The position numbers and the translations under genes are program-made. A stretch of DNA of 64,000 nucleotides, taken from the NCBI RefSeq assembly GCF_009914755.1, contig NC_060941.1; one strand, 5' to 3'. The notes beneath the pieces were generated by a model, which saw only the letters and a program-made list of their open reading frames with translations, made no database searches and was not told the origin of the DNA. Origin of the DNA: the human T2T-CHM13v2.0 reference genome, Homo sapiens. Below, one piece after another: positions 41,488 through 61,580 of the stretch. Each line of letters opens with the position of its first letter. The stretch's first letter is position 1.

Positions 41488-44002
41488 TTAGTTTTAAAAA
41501 CATGGCTCCTAGAAAGCATAAAATTCCATATGTGACTAGCGTCACATTCCTATTGACAGCATCATCCTAGGGCTAGTCCCACTGATCATCCTGCTCACTG
41601 TGATTTGAATATCACACAAGTATTCTCCACCACCTTAAGGAATGCACAATTCTTACAGTTTATGGGAAAATGATGCCAATAACTCACTCAGCCAGGCTGA
41701 GTTATGGGAAAACACACTACGGCTTAAAATAATTTACCCTTTAATTGCTGGAAGATATAGCATAAGGAGTCTAGTCTAGTTTAAATGGTGACTCATTATC
41801 AAGAACACTCCGGAATAACATCTCTCCATGTGGATCCCAACAGATAGCAAGACTGTGTGCTGAGGAACCCACTCTAAGGAAATACTATTCTAGACCCTAC
41901 CTAACCTCAGGGGTAGACCCCTCCCCAGACTCTGCAGTAACTATTCCTGGGCCACATGTCATGGAGAAAATACGAGAAAGAACTAAGATTTGTTGAGCTT
42001 TTTACTCTGCACCAGGCATTGTGTTAGGTGATTTATTTTGATTAAACTGTCTCTTTTCTTCTTCTTCTTTTTTTTTTTTTTTTTCCTGAGAGAGGGTCTT
42101 GCTTTGTCCCTCAGGCTGGAGTACACTGTAGCAGTGCAATCAAAGCTCACCGTAACCTCAAACTTCTGGGCTCAAGCCATCCTCCTACCTCTGCTTCCCA
42201 AAGTGCTGGGACGATAAACTTTGTAGTCATACACGGTCCCAAGCATTTGAAAAACTTTATCTCATGTATTCTTCCCAACAATCCCATGGAGTTATCACTA
42301 TCATCCCCAGCTCACAGATAAGAGCACCGAGACTTAGAGGGGCACGTGCTCTACTCAAGTCACACACGGTTGGTTAGGAGAGAGAGACAAGAATCCAGAT
42401 GTGCTGGACTCTGGGTTTTTTCCACTCCACCATAAGGAACATCGGGGTGGGGGGGGCGGGTGGTGCGAGGGGGACAGTGCATCATAAGTGTCCCTGGGGC
42501 TCAGGCCTGGGAGGGCTGCTCAAGGCTCTGGATGCATGAGTACACACAGGATACGCAGTTTTGCACACAATTTCAGGTTAACATCTCCTGAGTCTGAGCA
42601 CCTCATTCCCCACCACTCCAGGGAACTTATAGATTAATCCTGGAAAATACAGGCTACAGCCCAACACCCCAGGTCCATCCAGGGGAGCCTCCTGCTCCTT
42701 GTGGGCTGGGAACCAGCTGCCCTGCTTGTCTCCTTCATCTTCGTTCCTGCACCCACCTCATCCTTATCCTCATCCCCATCCCAGAACCACAGGCTTCAGG
42801 CCAGGGGAGAAGCAGGTCAGCAGGAGGTGAAGGGGAAACCTTCCCTCACCTCCTGGGAATTAGAACAGCACAGAGAAGGGAAGAAAAAGGAGCCAAGACT
42901 AGGGAGTGACCGGAAGCAACAACGGAGGAGTCAAGACGAAGAGGAGCCAGTGACTCAAGGACATCCGGCAACTTCACTTGATTACAAGGCCCTTCCTGGA
43001 AATGTGTGCTTCCCGGAGCCACCACCCGAAGCCAGCCACCAGCAGAGGGACCATCTGGGCCAGGCAGGATGGATGCCTGGTGGGGGGCCCCACTGCCCCC
43101 ATACACGCTGGGCCCTCCTCCTCTGGGAGTGGTGCTACTACTGGGCAGCAGGGTGCCTCCCTCCTGCTCGGGAGTGATCGCAGAGGAAAGTGCCGCGCTT
43201 GAAATCAGATCTGCCAGGCCTTGTTTGGTTTCACTTTGCCTCTCCTAAGAGCCGGGTGCTCAGCTAAGAACTGGGAATTTCATGGCCACCTTGGGGTCTC
43301 CAGAAGGAGACTGGCAGATCTAAACTCCCTCCAGAGCAGACAGGCTAATCTTGCATCTTGGCCCTGCCGGAAGTTGGGGACAAAGAGCCCCACTCCCTAG
43401 GTCACAAGGTGGCCTGCCACGTGGGTCAAGTTATTTGTGCCTCAGTTTCCTCATTAGCTCTCAGAACAATTGATAACATTACATAACTCCCAAGTGCTGT
43501 GCTCGGGTGAGCACAGTTCCATGTGTGCTATAAAGATGATGCTGTCACACCCAGTGACACTCCAGCCACTGTCACTTCGCAAACTTCATAGAGAACAGCC
43601 ACCTGAGAGCACCTAATTCAAAAGTCTGTACAGTGAAACGTGGGCTGAGACAATGGGTTGACCCTTTTCAAAGTCCTGGGGGTTCCCAGGATTATCTGAT
43701 GCAGGGGGAAGGGTCCCCCAAGCTGCTGAAGCCCAGGTACAGATTCTGCCCTCCCTCTGTAGTCTCTGCCAGCAGTCGGGGGCAGGAAACCCTCGGATCT
43801 GGTTTCTTTCCTGATCTGAGTTCCCTCATCCCGTCACCTTTTAACCTTTAATGATGCCAGAAGAAGGAGCCTGGCTTCTCTCAGACAAGATGGTGAGGTG
43901 GAGGTGGGAAAAGAGAAGCTCCTCCATTCCTTCCTAGGATAAGGGTAAAAGTAACTCAGGAATTTGCCAGACCCCGGGTGCTACTAGCAACAAATAATGC
44001 AC

Positions 44003-44309
44003 AGGCCAGGCACCGTGGCTCATGCCTGAAATCTCAGCACATTGGGAGGCAGAGGCAGAAGCAGGAGGATCGCTTGAGCCCAGGAGCTTGAGACCAGCCT
44101 GGGCAGCACAGTGAGACCCTGTCTCTAAAAAAAAAAAAAAAAATTAAATTAGCCAGGCATGGCGGCACACGTCTATAGTCTCAGCTACTCAAGGCTGAGG
44201 TGGGAGGATCTCTTGAGCCCAGGAGTTTGAGGCTGCAGTGAGCTGTGATTGCACCACTGCACTCCAGCCTGGCCAACACAGCAAAAAGCCTGTCTCAAAA
44301 CAAAAAAAT
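44003..44309 (+). mobile_element. AluJ-like
   Basis: Dimer with TSD aaataatgcaca. Confidence 0.92.
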
Positions 44310-45136
44310 AATGCACAAAACTTCAATATGATCAACCCCCAATAAAATATAATCTGATCTTTTGGACCTAACCAGATTCTCCTTAGAGGTAACCACAAAT
44401 CGTACTGCGAGCCCCTAGGCTCTTTTTGGGCTCTCTTGGGCTCTCTACTCCTTGTACCACTTGACAAAGCCTTAAGCCCAATTCCAGGACTTGAGGGGAA
44501 CAGGTCCCTTTCTGATGCTTCAGGGTTGGAGGCAACAGTGTAAGGAAATAAGAAGGTTGCACTGAGTGAAGACCCGAGGTAGAGAGGAAGGACAGGCAGG
44601 AAAGAGAAGCCAGCACACAGAACCTGGCTTTGTTGGCACACTTGGAGAGATTCAAAGCTGGGGTCTCCAGACCAAGTTCAGTGACTGCCAGAACTGCAGG
44701 TGTCTGGGCAAAAGAAGAACCCAGAGTCTCATGCTGGGAGGTGGAGGCTGCCCCAGACAACCTCTGCTACCGTGATGGCCAAGGCAGAAGATGGTGGCTG
44801 AAGCAGCTCTGGCTGAGCACAGACATCCAGGGATCCTTCTTGCCTGGCACTGTGGTTTTTCCAGATGCCTTCAGCTCCATCTTTGGGGTGAAGGGGAAAC
44901 ACCAGGTGTGCAGAGCAGTTTCTTACAGGTGGGGAACTGTAAGCCTTCATTAATGACCACACCCTAAACTGTGCTCACCTGAATCCCAAAAGAGAGACCC
45001 TTCCTCAGCTTGAGTGGAGACAGCCAGTTCCCCTGTTCCTGGCAAGGGAGGGCTTTGGATGCCAGCACTGCCATCCTGGCACAGAGCCCAGAGCTGCAAG
45101 CTGGCAGTGCCTGGGGGAGACTCCAATGTAAGTTAG

Positions 45137-45835
<699 letters not shown>

Positions 45836-46458
45836 CTAATGTCTGAATTTCCTTCCCAACGCACTCAAGCAAAAAGGGCTGTGTCCAGTGCCACATGCGG
45901 GCTCCTTCCAGCACTACCATCCAGTTCCCTGCCGAGAGAGGGCACGCATGGGCTTGGCCTTCCTAGAGCACCCCAGAAGCACTGGCTGGAGTTGGCCTTC
46001 AGGACACTCTGCCGGATGACCCCTCAAAGTGTCCCCAGCTCCAGAATTTGGTTCTTTTCCTCACGGTCGGGAAAAATCCTCCAGTACGTAGGTCAGAAGA
46101 GCTACGCAGAGCTCAGGTCAGCTCTGTTTCCAGGGCGAGATTGCTCAACCCTTCTCCCTCCGCCCACAGGCCTTATCTCTGGCATCAACCCAGCTCCCCA
46201 TTCCTCCAAGGGACGGACTCCTCCCTCCCCCCACAGGGACAAACTCCTCTGAGTCTGCAGAACCAGAATGAGAACACAGAAGGCTGGACTTACTGCTAAC
46301 CAAGTGCAACCCTGACCACTCTGACTTCTGACTTCTTCACTTCGAACCCAATCCAAACGTAGGGGCGTGGGGTGGGGGAGAGTGAAAGGGAGAGGCCAAC
46401 ATCAAACACCTTTTGGCCACACCTGCGCACAGACAGTCCGGGCCGCAGAAATCAATCA

Positions 46459-47172
<714 letters not shown>

Positions 47173-48546
47173 AAAATTATTTTTAAAATCAAAAGACTGG
47201 TGTAAGATTCCTCTCCCAGGTCAACACTCACTCCCCTGACCTTTATACATGAGACCTCCCTTTGCTTCTGACTCCTTGGTCTCTGGTTCTGTGAGGTGCT
47301 GTCGGGTTCCAGAGGCAGCAGCACAGTGGAGGCAGGGTACAGAGGATGGGGACAAGCACGGTGGGTGGGCAAGGGAAAGAGAGAAACGAGGGGAAAAGAG
47401 AAGAGGAATCCAAAAAGAGAGAGGCAGAAACCCCAGAAAATGGAGAATCATTCACAGCACAGGCCTAGGCTGTACAGCAGAGCAGGAGCAAGCTGCCCTC
47501 TGTGTGCAGGGACCCTAGGACTTCAGGGAGATTTCAGAGGGGAGGCGCTGAGACTCACCCCAGAACCACCGCCCATATGATCACAGCGGGCCCCTCCTAG
47601 TCCCTGCAGGGGTCCACCAGGATGCCTGGGAATCCACTTGGGATCTCCCCAAATTCACTGAACACCCCTTGTGGGAAGGAGCAGCTGTCTTCAAGGAGTG
47701 GAGAGGCAAAGTCCAAGTTCAGAGGAGATAAGCCACCCCACTAATCAGTCAGTCACATGTGCAGCTCACACAGGGCAGTTGATGAGAGCAGGAACCGGCA
47801 GGGCACCCCCGCATTCAGTAGGCACTGGCTTCTCAGCAGAGATAGAGCCTCAGGAGATCCTGGTGGATGCCCTGTTATTGCCCCAGGAGCCCCTGGGGCT
47901 GCCAGGGGCTCTCTTAGGGCCTGGCTCAGTCCCAGCCAACTCCCGATTTCTGGGAGAAATCAGAAATCCGCAGCTCAGCAATCCCTTCCTTTGTGGCCTG
48001 TTCTTTGTTCTCTTAAAATTCAGTCCACCCTGCTGGTGGTCCCTCCTCCACCCTAGCCTCAGAAGCGGGCGGGGGCTGAGGGAGTTATTGGAAACCCAGA
48101 CTGCCAAAGAAGTCGCCTTGCAGGAGGCCCCTGTCACCGGCCCCTCATTATTTACACTCGCTGGATGGGACATTTCTCTGGTACAGATGGCTGCTGGGGT
48201 TCGGACGAGAGAGAGATTTTCCCTCCAGCACCCTGGACCCTCAGGGGAGGGCAGGGGGCTTCGCAGCGACGGGGGCTCCCAAGGACTCCACCCGGATCCA
48301 GCTGCTCAGCTATCTGGGCAAACAGTGGGCACCGGGCACACAGTAAGGGATGTGGGAGCCGGTCAGATTGCAAGGGGTGGGAGTCGTGGAGAGAGAGAAG
48401 TTCCAGAGGCAACGAGAAAAGAAAAGGCATTGTATTTCCCCTCCATTCTCCCAGGGAGAAAAAGAAAACTTCCAAAGCCGAGGCCGCAGTCACTGGGAAA
48501 ACACAGGGAACCTGGTTTGAGTTAGCAGCGAGCACCCCTCCCCCAG

Positions 48547-48547
<1 letters not shown>

Positions 48548-48600
<53 letters not shown>
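48548..48600. repeat. (CA)26 microsatellite at the edge of the CpG island
   Basis: Uninterrupted CA run of 53 nt. Confidence 0.98.
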
Positions 48601-48604
<4 letters not shown>

Positions 48605-48686
48605 TTCAGTCCTCTCCCAGGAAGCTGGCTCAGCCTCAGCCCCGGCTCCCGCCCAGCTCTCCAGCCCTCCCGGCCGGGGCACTCAC

Positions 48687-48730
48687 CGGCTGACGGGATC
48701 CCCGCGGGCAGGATGGCTCCTGGGGGACGC
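48687..48730 (-). other. CDC42EP4: Candidate alternative non-coding first exon of CDC42EP4
   Basis: Consensus donor CCG|GTGAGT (GT = 48686-48685). Upstream on the minus strand are a TATA-like TTACAAAA (~48749-48756) and a GC box (48781-48790). The 5' end is a guess. Confidence 0.45.
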
Positions 48731-49698
48731 GCCGGGGGCCGGGGGCAGTTTTGTAACCCCGGCTGGGGGCGCTCCGGAGAGGGGGCGGGGCCAGGGACGG
48801 CCGATCCGCGCGCACCCGCCCCAAGCGGGCGATTAAATCATTAACCGACCGCTCCCGCCTGCGATCCCGCTGAGCGCGCTGAGCTCGGGGCGCACTAGCC
48901 CAGGAGCGGCCGTCTCCCCGGCTCCAAGGGGGCGGGTGGCTCGACTGCCCTCCCCCTGCACCCCGCCAGGAGGCGCCTCGGCCTCCCGGGCTTCCGAGGG
49001 AGCGGGCGGGGCGGGAGCCTGGCGGGGGAGGGAAGGGTTCGCGGGGCGGGAGTAGGGGAAAGGAGGACCATTTGTTCCTTCGGCCATTCCCTTCCAGACA
49101 GCTCCTTCCCTCTGGCTTCCCGGCCGGGTGACATTGGGTGGCGTGTGCTGCAGTGTGTGTACGAGAGCGAGATGTGTACACGCCTCTGCCCGTACAGGCG
49201 GAGAATTCGGTTCTTATTCATGGAGAACTCCGGGCGCACACACGCCCCCCTCGCGGAGATCGCGGGCCGCGCGCCGCCGATTGCTGCGCTCCTGCCCACA
49301 CCGACACACACCCCATTCCTGGGAAGGGGGAGGCCCTTTAAAACCGGCCCCCAACCCCCTCAGCGGCACCCTTGGCCAGGGCCGGGAGTTCCAGCGTGGA
49401 GAGAGGAAATCGAGTCCCGGCAACGCTGCGCCCGGCTCCCTGCCACCTCCTCCTCCACACATCCCGCTCTGCCAGGACACTAGGTGCGCAGCTTAGGGTC
49501 CCAGGCACCGCGGTGGGCGCGGTGAAAAGCGCGAGCGCCGAGAAGTGGGGGCTCCGCGCCCTTCTCCCCGCGCCGCGGCCTCGCATCCCCAGCTTCGATC
49601 CTCTCTGCCCCACAGGGGGACTCGAGACCCCCAAGCCCACCCAGGGCACCCAGCGCGAAGGCGGCTACCACAGACAGAGGCGGTTGCCCGTCGCCTAC

Positions 49699-49810
49699 CT
49701 CGGTCCCCGGAGACCCGAGCTCTGGGCCGGCTGCGCTGTCCCCTTCGTGGGCTCCGCGCGGCGGAGGGGCTGGCGGCCCCTGTCAGCGCCGGCGTTTGTT
49801 TCCCTCTGGC
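49699..49810 (-). other. CDC42EP4: Candidate main non-coding exon 1 of CDC42EP4
   Basis: Minus-strand donor GAG|GTAGGC (GT = 49698-49697) inside the CpG island, with GC boxes (49860-49877) and CCAAT (49930-49934) just upstream. TSS position is approximate. Confidence 0.6.
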
Positions 49811-50843
49811 TCTCGGGCTTTCAGGGCTGGGAGCCTCCAGGACACTCCCCTTCCAGGCTCCGCCCGCGCCCGCCCCGCGCAACCCTCCCCGCGCACCCCT
49901 CTGCGCTGATGTCACGGCGCCGCAGCAGCCAATGGCCGTCGGGAACCTCTGCCCGACTGCTCGGCCTCCTCGGTTCAAACTGAAAGCCTGAGACTTTCCC
50001 AACTCCGTATGGGGCAGCCTGGGCCCGCCCGGCTTCCGGGAGACACTCCCGCCCCAGCCTGCGCTCCGGCCGCGAACCCCCACTGGGGCCCCCAGGGCCA
50101 GGGGCGCGTCTCCCTCCGGGGGCCTGGCGCGAGGCTCTTTTGAGGCTCTTCCCCATTCGAGCCGGGGCAAGAAACCAAGAACTCCAGCCCGGGTGGCGTT
50201 CCTCGTTCCTGCTCCCTCCCGGACCTGCTAACCACCTGGCTGCAGTACTGTCGGGAGATGGGGCAGGAGGGCTGGCGCCACCAGCTTCGTGGGTGCCATC
50301 CCAGACTCTCGCTGTAAACGAGGGAGCGGGGAGGAGCCGGCCAGCCCCGAGGCCAGGCTTGGACTGGGCGTCAGAAATGTTTCTACAGGGTGACAGCCCT
50401 TGAGCTCCCCGCATCCCCGTCTGTGCCTTTGCCTCCTAAGTATCAGCTGAGGCTAAATTTGCACCAGGTGAACGTCAAGGAGGATCAACTCCTGAGTCCC
50501 AGAGCCTGAATCCAAGTCCCAGGCCTTGGACTCTATTCTTTTTAGAGGAATAGTTTCAGTTGAAATGATCATTATCAAGGTAGAATGCCAGCTGCGAAGT
50601 AGTCAACTAAAGTGGACAAGGCGCAAAGTGAAAAGTTCCCTTGCCTCTAGCTGAACCCCACCCTCGGTTTTTAAAGGAAGTGAGGGTGAAGGCCCCAGAC
50701 TTTACCCATGGCTGCGAGGTCCCTAAGCCCTCAGGAACATTCTGCTTTCTGGGGACAGCACATTTCCGTTTCCCTCTGCAGTGCGACAGCAACCAGCTCT
50801 TGAGAGCTAATGGTTTGGCCACTCCATCCTGCTGTGAAAATTA

Positions 50844-51999
<1,156 letters not shown>

Positions 52000-52393
52000 T
52001 GGGGAAGTCGCTAATTCCCACCTCTGACCCTTAGCTAGCCTGGCTGTCCTTATGTGTCCAAAGAGCACAGGACCCCTCTGCTAGCCTCGTCTGGAGGGTG
52101 TAAAGAGGAATGAGATATCAGGTGTGAAAGCGCTTTATGACTAGAAAGCAACCAGAATGGAGGTGATTGCTGTCATCATGACCTAGTGCCAAAGGTGTCC
52201 TCAAAAGAAGTAGGAGCTGCAACAGGACTGTGGGTAAGGCTCGCTGGATAGAGGTTTGGAGACGCCTCTGGATTGGAATTCTAGCTCTGCCATTTATGAG
52301 CTGACAAGTTATCCACCAGCTTCCCCATCTGTAAAGTGAGAACAGCAATCTCTACCTTCCCCTATTGGGGTGAATATTAAAAGAGATCACTTA

Positions 52394-52822
<429 letters not shown>

Positions 52823-53604
52823 TCATAGCTTAAGTTAAAAACAAAAACAAAAACAAAACGTTTCTTATTTTCTCTGAGACATCTCCCTCTCCCCATCTCT
52901 TTCCTTCCATTTTAAATGAAGTATTTCGGTTTTCTTAGGGCTAGCTGTTAGTAATCTGTTTTCCTTTTCCCAATTATCATCCATATCTATTAAGCACACC
53001 TCCGGGACAAAGTCTTTATGTCCCTTTGTAATTCTGCTCCTTACCCAAATTCAGGCTCCTTCCACAAACATTTAACAACAGTGGAGGCTTGCCTTTGAGG
53101 ACAAAGACAACGAAGCCCAGTCCCTGCCCTCAGGACGCCTAGAGTAGAAACAAACTGCTTCAGGGAGGGGCTCCGTAGATGCTTCTAGACTGCATCCCAG
53201 CCCTCTGAGGGAAGACGTGATTAGAAGATCATTTTCTTTGATGGTGGGAATCCCAGACCTGTGGATTTCTCTCCGAAGGATCCACTGAAGCAAGTTTTGC
53301 TCCAACCCTTTAGGCTAGAGCTGTCTATGAGTAACCAGAGGAAATTAACAAAATAAAAAATTTGAGGCTTGAATACATACCTACTTGAAATTTCTGGCAA
53401 GCTCTAAGCCCCTGACTTTGGAGAGGGATTTGAGGTCTTAACTGCACCCTTGGTGTAACTTGACCTGTAAGCCTTTAGGCCTAGGCGTGTGTCTCTGCCT
53501 GTCTGGGGCCGCTGGGGCCTGCCTCTGGGACTTGGGCATGCATGATCCTTGCAGCTTCATGGACTTGCCCCTCCCTAATATCCACCCCCAACCCCCAACA
53601 CATA

Positions 53605-53685
53605 TTAGGTAGATGCAAAAGTTATTGCCGTTTTTGCCATTACTTTCAATGGCAAAAACCGCAATTACTTTTTTGCACCAACATA
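53605..53685. mobile_element. MADE1 (Hsmar1-derived 80-bp palindromic MITE)
   Basis: ta-ttaggtagatgcaaaagttattgccgtttttgccatt-actttc-aatggcaaaaaccgcaattacttttttgcaccaac. Confidence 0.92.
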
Positions 53686-53728
53686 CCACATCCCAGTGTT
53701 TGTTAACATGGAGTTCTGGGCATTTTAG

Positions 53729-54546
<818 letters not shown>

Positions 54547-56357
54547 TTCAAGTCTATTTTGAGCCCCCCTTCCCCTATTGAGGTGAGACAAGATGGTCCT
54601 GGACTGAACCTCAAGGTGCCACCATGGCTTGATGTCAGCACAGTTTGGGTGGAGCCTTGGTGATCCAGGTCAGGAGCCCATCAGCTGGGGTGGCCTGGCG
54701 CTGGGCTGTCCACTCCCATGCCTGCAAGAGAGAGGCTCTTTCACGCCTTGCTTCCCCGTTCTTGGGAACCACCTGGAGCCCTTTCATGGGGCTGGGGCAA
54801 CCTGCTGAGCAGCTGGGAAAATCCTGAAAATACCAAACTACTGGCAGAGTGCCTGGGGCTCCAGACAAGACTCCTCCACCATGGTGGGGAAAAGTACCTG
54901 CATCTGGGGGCTCTTTCTGCCCCAGGTTTCAGGGGCATAACCCTGATTTTCTGGGGGAGTTCACGCACATCAGGGGGCTGGGGCAGCCAGTGCATGCCTA
55001 GAGAGTAAAGCAATACGATTTCCCCTTGGCCTCCCTGGGGACAGGGTGGTGTTCAGTTCATGTCTGAACCTCCAGCGTGGGTTGGCACACAGTGCATTTG
55101 CTAGACAAATGAATGAGCAGAGTTCACAGCCCACATCCCTCCCTTCTTCCATTTGCAACCCCAGCCTCAACTAAGCTCTGTGTGGTCACTTTTTCCCTGA
55201 AATGAGCTGTACTGGCCCACAGGGTCACACATCCTCCCAGAACGGCAGCTCCCAAGGGTTCACAGCACAAATTGGCCCAGGAGGTGAGGGAGGCCGCTGT
55301 GTGTCAGAGGTCCCCTGGCCCAGAGAGACGCCGTTCACAAGGCTGGGGGTTCTCTGGAGGCAGGAGGTGAAAATAGGATTGAACTAGGCTCAAAGATGGG
55401 ATGAGGTGTGTGAAGGGGCAGTAGCAGAGCAGAGGGGTCATGAAATTTACAGGAAATGAGTCCAGATGTGGGGCTTAGAACACCTGGGTTGTACTTGTTG
55501 TGTGACCTTGGAGGAGTCGTCTTATCGCTTTGAGTCACACCTGTAAGGGGGGCATGGTAATAATTCAGGCCATAGGAGGCTATCAGAAGAATGGAAGGAG
55601 ATAAGGCGTGTGATCTTGCTTCCTGAAAAGTCTAAAGGAAGGCCCTAGCTACTATTAGGTTGTTACTAAGTTGAGCTTTAGGGTTCTGGGTACTGTGGCT
55701 CCCTCCTTCCCTCTGCAGGGAAAAGACAGACAGCCAGGCCTCCCCACACCCCACTCAGGAATCTGTCACTGTGCATTGTCAGGTTATTAACAGGCCACTC
55801 CTGACCACTGAGCTGGGACATTTCCAAGAAAGCAGGAGATGATATTAAATTTCTTGTTCATCCAGCAGGGAGAAAAGAGTGGGCAAGAAAGATACAGCAA
55901 AAGCTCTGGGCTGCTGAGAAAATTAGCAGAGAAGTCAACTGAAGTCAGTAAAACTTGCAAGCAGGGGCCCTGGGAAGAATGTTTCCTGTGACCCCCGGAT
56001 TTCTGAAGCCCAGAGCTTCACCCACTTTGACCCGTGGCAAAAATGGGGGAGCCCAACCACGCCTCTGAGCAGAGGATTCCACCTGGTGCTCCAAAGGCCT
56101 GAGAGTCCTGGTTAGAAACACGGGCCCTAGGGCCAGATGATACTGGCTTTGAATCTAAATTGTCACTGTGATCTGAGAAGTCCCTTGAGCTCCCCCAGGG
56201 CTTGGTCTCATTTGCACAATGGAGACTACAAGAGATCCCACTCATGCTGATGGCGTGGGGTTGGTGGCTAATGCAGGTCAGAACTCATCCCCAAGCTAGG
56301 ACCACACCAAGGTGTCACTACTTGGATGCTGGCTGGTCTCACAGTTAAAAGGACCTA

Positions 56358-58582
<2,225 letters not shown>

Positions 58583-59128
58583 TCATAACAATAACTCATC
58601 CTAGTCTGATGTCAAGGCTAATTTATACTTCCCAGCTTGATGGCTTGAATGCTGCAGGGCATGAGTTTTCTCCACTCTCCAACCCCTCTGTTACCTCTAT
58701 AAGCCTTTTGCTCTCCAGAAAGCAGTTGTATTTGAAGGCAAAAGACATGTTAGGTCAGCTAGGAATGAGGAGTCAGGGAGCACATTGCCCTGGGCCCGGA
58801 CCCCAGCCCCTGACTGGCATGTTTTTGAGTAGCCAGTGAAATCCCGGCTGAGTTGTGGCCTGGGAGTCCTCCAGCAAAGCAAAACCTGGCTCATCCAAGG
58901 TCACCAAGAGGCAACAAGGACAGAGAGATAGGGTGAGGAGGCTCAGGAGCCTCGTAATTGAATCTATAATAAACTAATTACATGCATGAAAGTGTGTGGA
59001 AGAGAATGTTTCTCTCTTTTGTATGAGCAAAGAATTTGGCTAATTTAAGGAGAATGATTTAATGTTAGGGATCGCCTAAGCCACTCTGTTTTCAGAACAG
59101 AAAATAAAATCCAAAGATGTCAAGTGAA

Positions 59129-60244
59129 GGCCGGGCGCAGTGGCTCATGCCTGTAATTCCAGCAGTTTGGGAGTCCAAGGCAGGAGGATTGCTTGAGCCC
59201 AGGAGTTTGAGACCAGCCTGAGCAACACAGTAAGACCTCGTCTCTACAAACAATAATAATAAGTATTAGCCAAGCGCGGTGGCGCATGTCTGTGGTCCCA
59301 GCTACTGAAGAGGCTGAGATGAGGCGTGAGATGCATGAGCCCAGGCAGTCGAGGCTGCTATGAGCCATGACTGTGCCAGTGCACTCCAGCCTGGGCAACA
59401 GAGCAAGACTCTGTCTCAAAAAAAGAGACAAGTCAAGTGACTTGTTCAAGGGCACACAGCCAGCTACTAGCAGAATCTGGGATAAGAGACATGAACTCCC
59501 CTAACCCAGGGCCAGTGCTTCTGCTACATGAGTGGTTTTCAAACATTTATTTTTGTAAGCAGGGGGTTCCTTCCCTCTCCTTCCCCCGCCACCTTGCAAG
59601 TGAAACATACATGACGTCAAACAGATCAAGGTGGTCCCGCTATGTGGTGAAGTGGGGTGAGGGTTCCAGAACCCCATCTGCTTTGCCTTTTTCGATGCAG
59701 TTCTTGGGGTACCTCTGGGAGGTCCTAAGCCTTCAGGAAACTGAAGACTACAGCACTAACCCTAACAATAATAAGCCCTCAATACAGTTTCCATAAGACC
59801 TAGGTATTATTCTGAATTTTATATGTAGTAGCTCCTTCAATTTCCAGAAACCCTGTGAGACCCCCACACCAGTGGGGCTGCAGGAGTTGTAAGCTTTGCA
59901 GAGGTCCCTCCTCCACATGCGTGTCCTGACAAACAACATCTCTTGGAGGCCGGGCACAGTGACTCACACCTGTAATCCCAGCACTTTGGGAGGCTGAGGC
60001 GGGCAGATCACTTAAGGTCAGGAGTTCAAGACCAGCCTGGCCAACATGGTGAAACCCCATCTCTACTAAAAATACAAAACTTAGCTGGGCCTGATGCCAT
60101 GTGCCTGTAGTCCCAGCTACCTGGGAGGTCGAGGTGGGAGAATCACTTGAACCTGGTGGCAGAAATTGCAGTGAGCTGAGATCGCGCCACTGCACTCCAG
60201 CCTGGGTGACAGAGTGAGACTCTGCCTCAAAAAAAAAAAAAAAA
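59129..60244 (+). mobile_element. Two Alus (59129-59423; 59947-60244)
   Basis: Full dimers; TSD-like gtcaagtga around the first. Confidence 0.9.
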
Positions 60245-60559
60245 TCTTTTGACATCTGGGCTCCTGAAATGGAATCTTTGCTAGTAGAGGGTGACTTTTT
60301 ATTCAGATATCCTGTCGCATAACCCTGCCCTTGAACCTTACCTCATCTCCTCCCCTTTCCTTCCCTGTTTTTTAATTCACCGCCACCCCTGATGTGGCTC
60401 CAGGTTGGGAAGCTTTTAGCCTCGAAGAACCCATAGGCAGACTTGCTTGGGTTCTCCAAAGGCAAACCACTTGCCTCCCCTTAACTCGATCAGAGGCAGC
60501 CTAAAGCTATATTCTGTCTGGCATCCACAATTACTGCCAAATAAACTCTTCCCCAAGCA

Positions 60560-61389
<830 letters not shown>

Positions 61390-61390
<1 letters not shown>

Positions 61391-61580
61391 GTGTTTGAAA
61401 AACATTTATTTTTAGTTGCTAGTATTTAAGCATAAGGGGAATTTACATAAAACTTGATTTCTTGTTGTTAAAAAAATCAGAAGAACCCAACAGCATTGGG
61501 CTCTGATTTCCCCATGGCAGCAGCCAGTGAGAGCTGCCCCCTTTAGGAGGCAGGGCGCTCCAGCTGACCCATTTCCTGGG
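61390..61580 (+). mobile_element. MER102-like hAT fragment
   Basis: atttacataaaa...aaaaatcagaaga...ccatggcagca...gctgccccctttag...gcgctccag. Confidence 0.5.

Larger units (their letters stand above)
48620..50380. promoter_or_regulatory. CpG island / CDC42EP4 promoter
   Basis: Abrupt, repeat-free, very GC- and CpG-rich segment with many GC boxes and a CCAAT box, upstream of the coding exon in the gene's orientation. Confidence 0.9.

Noticed and set aside
44974-44982. Isolated strong minus-strand donor CAG|GTGAGC in intron 1
   Set aside because: No convincing paired acceptor identified; lone donors are common.
47671-50414. Several 150-284-aa Pro/Arg/Gly-rich ORFs around the CpG island
   Set aside because: Expected from stop-codon scarcity in very GC-rich DNA; they occur on both strands, and one translates the CA repeat.
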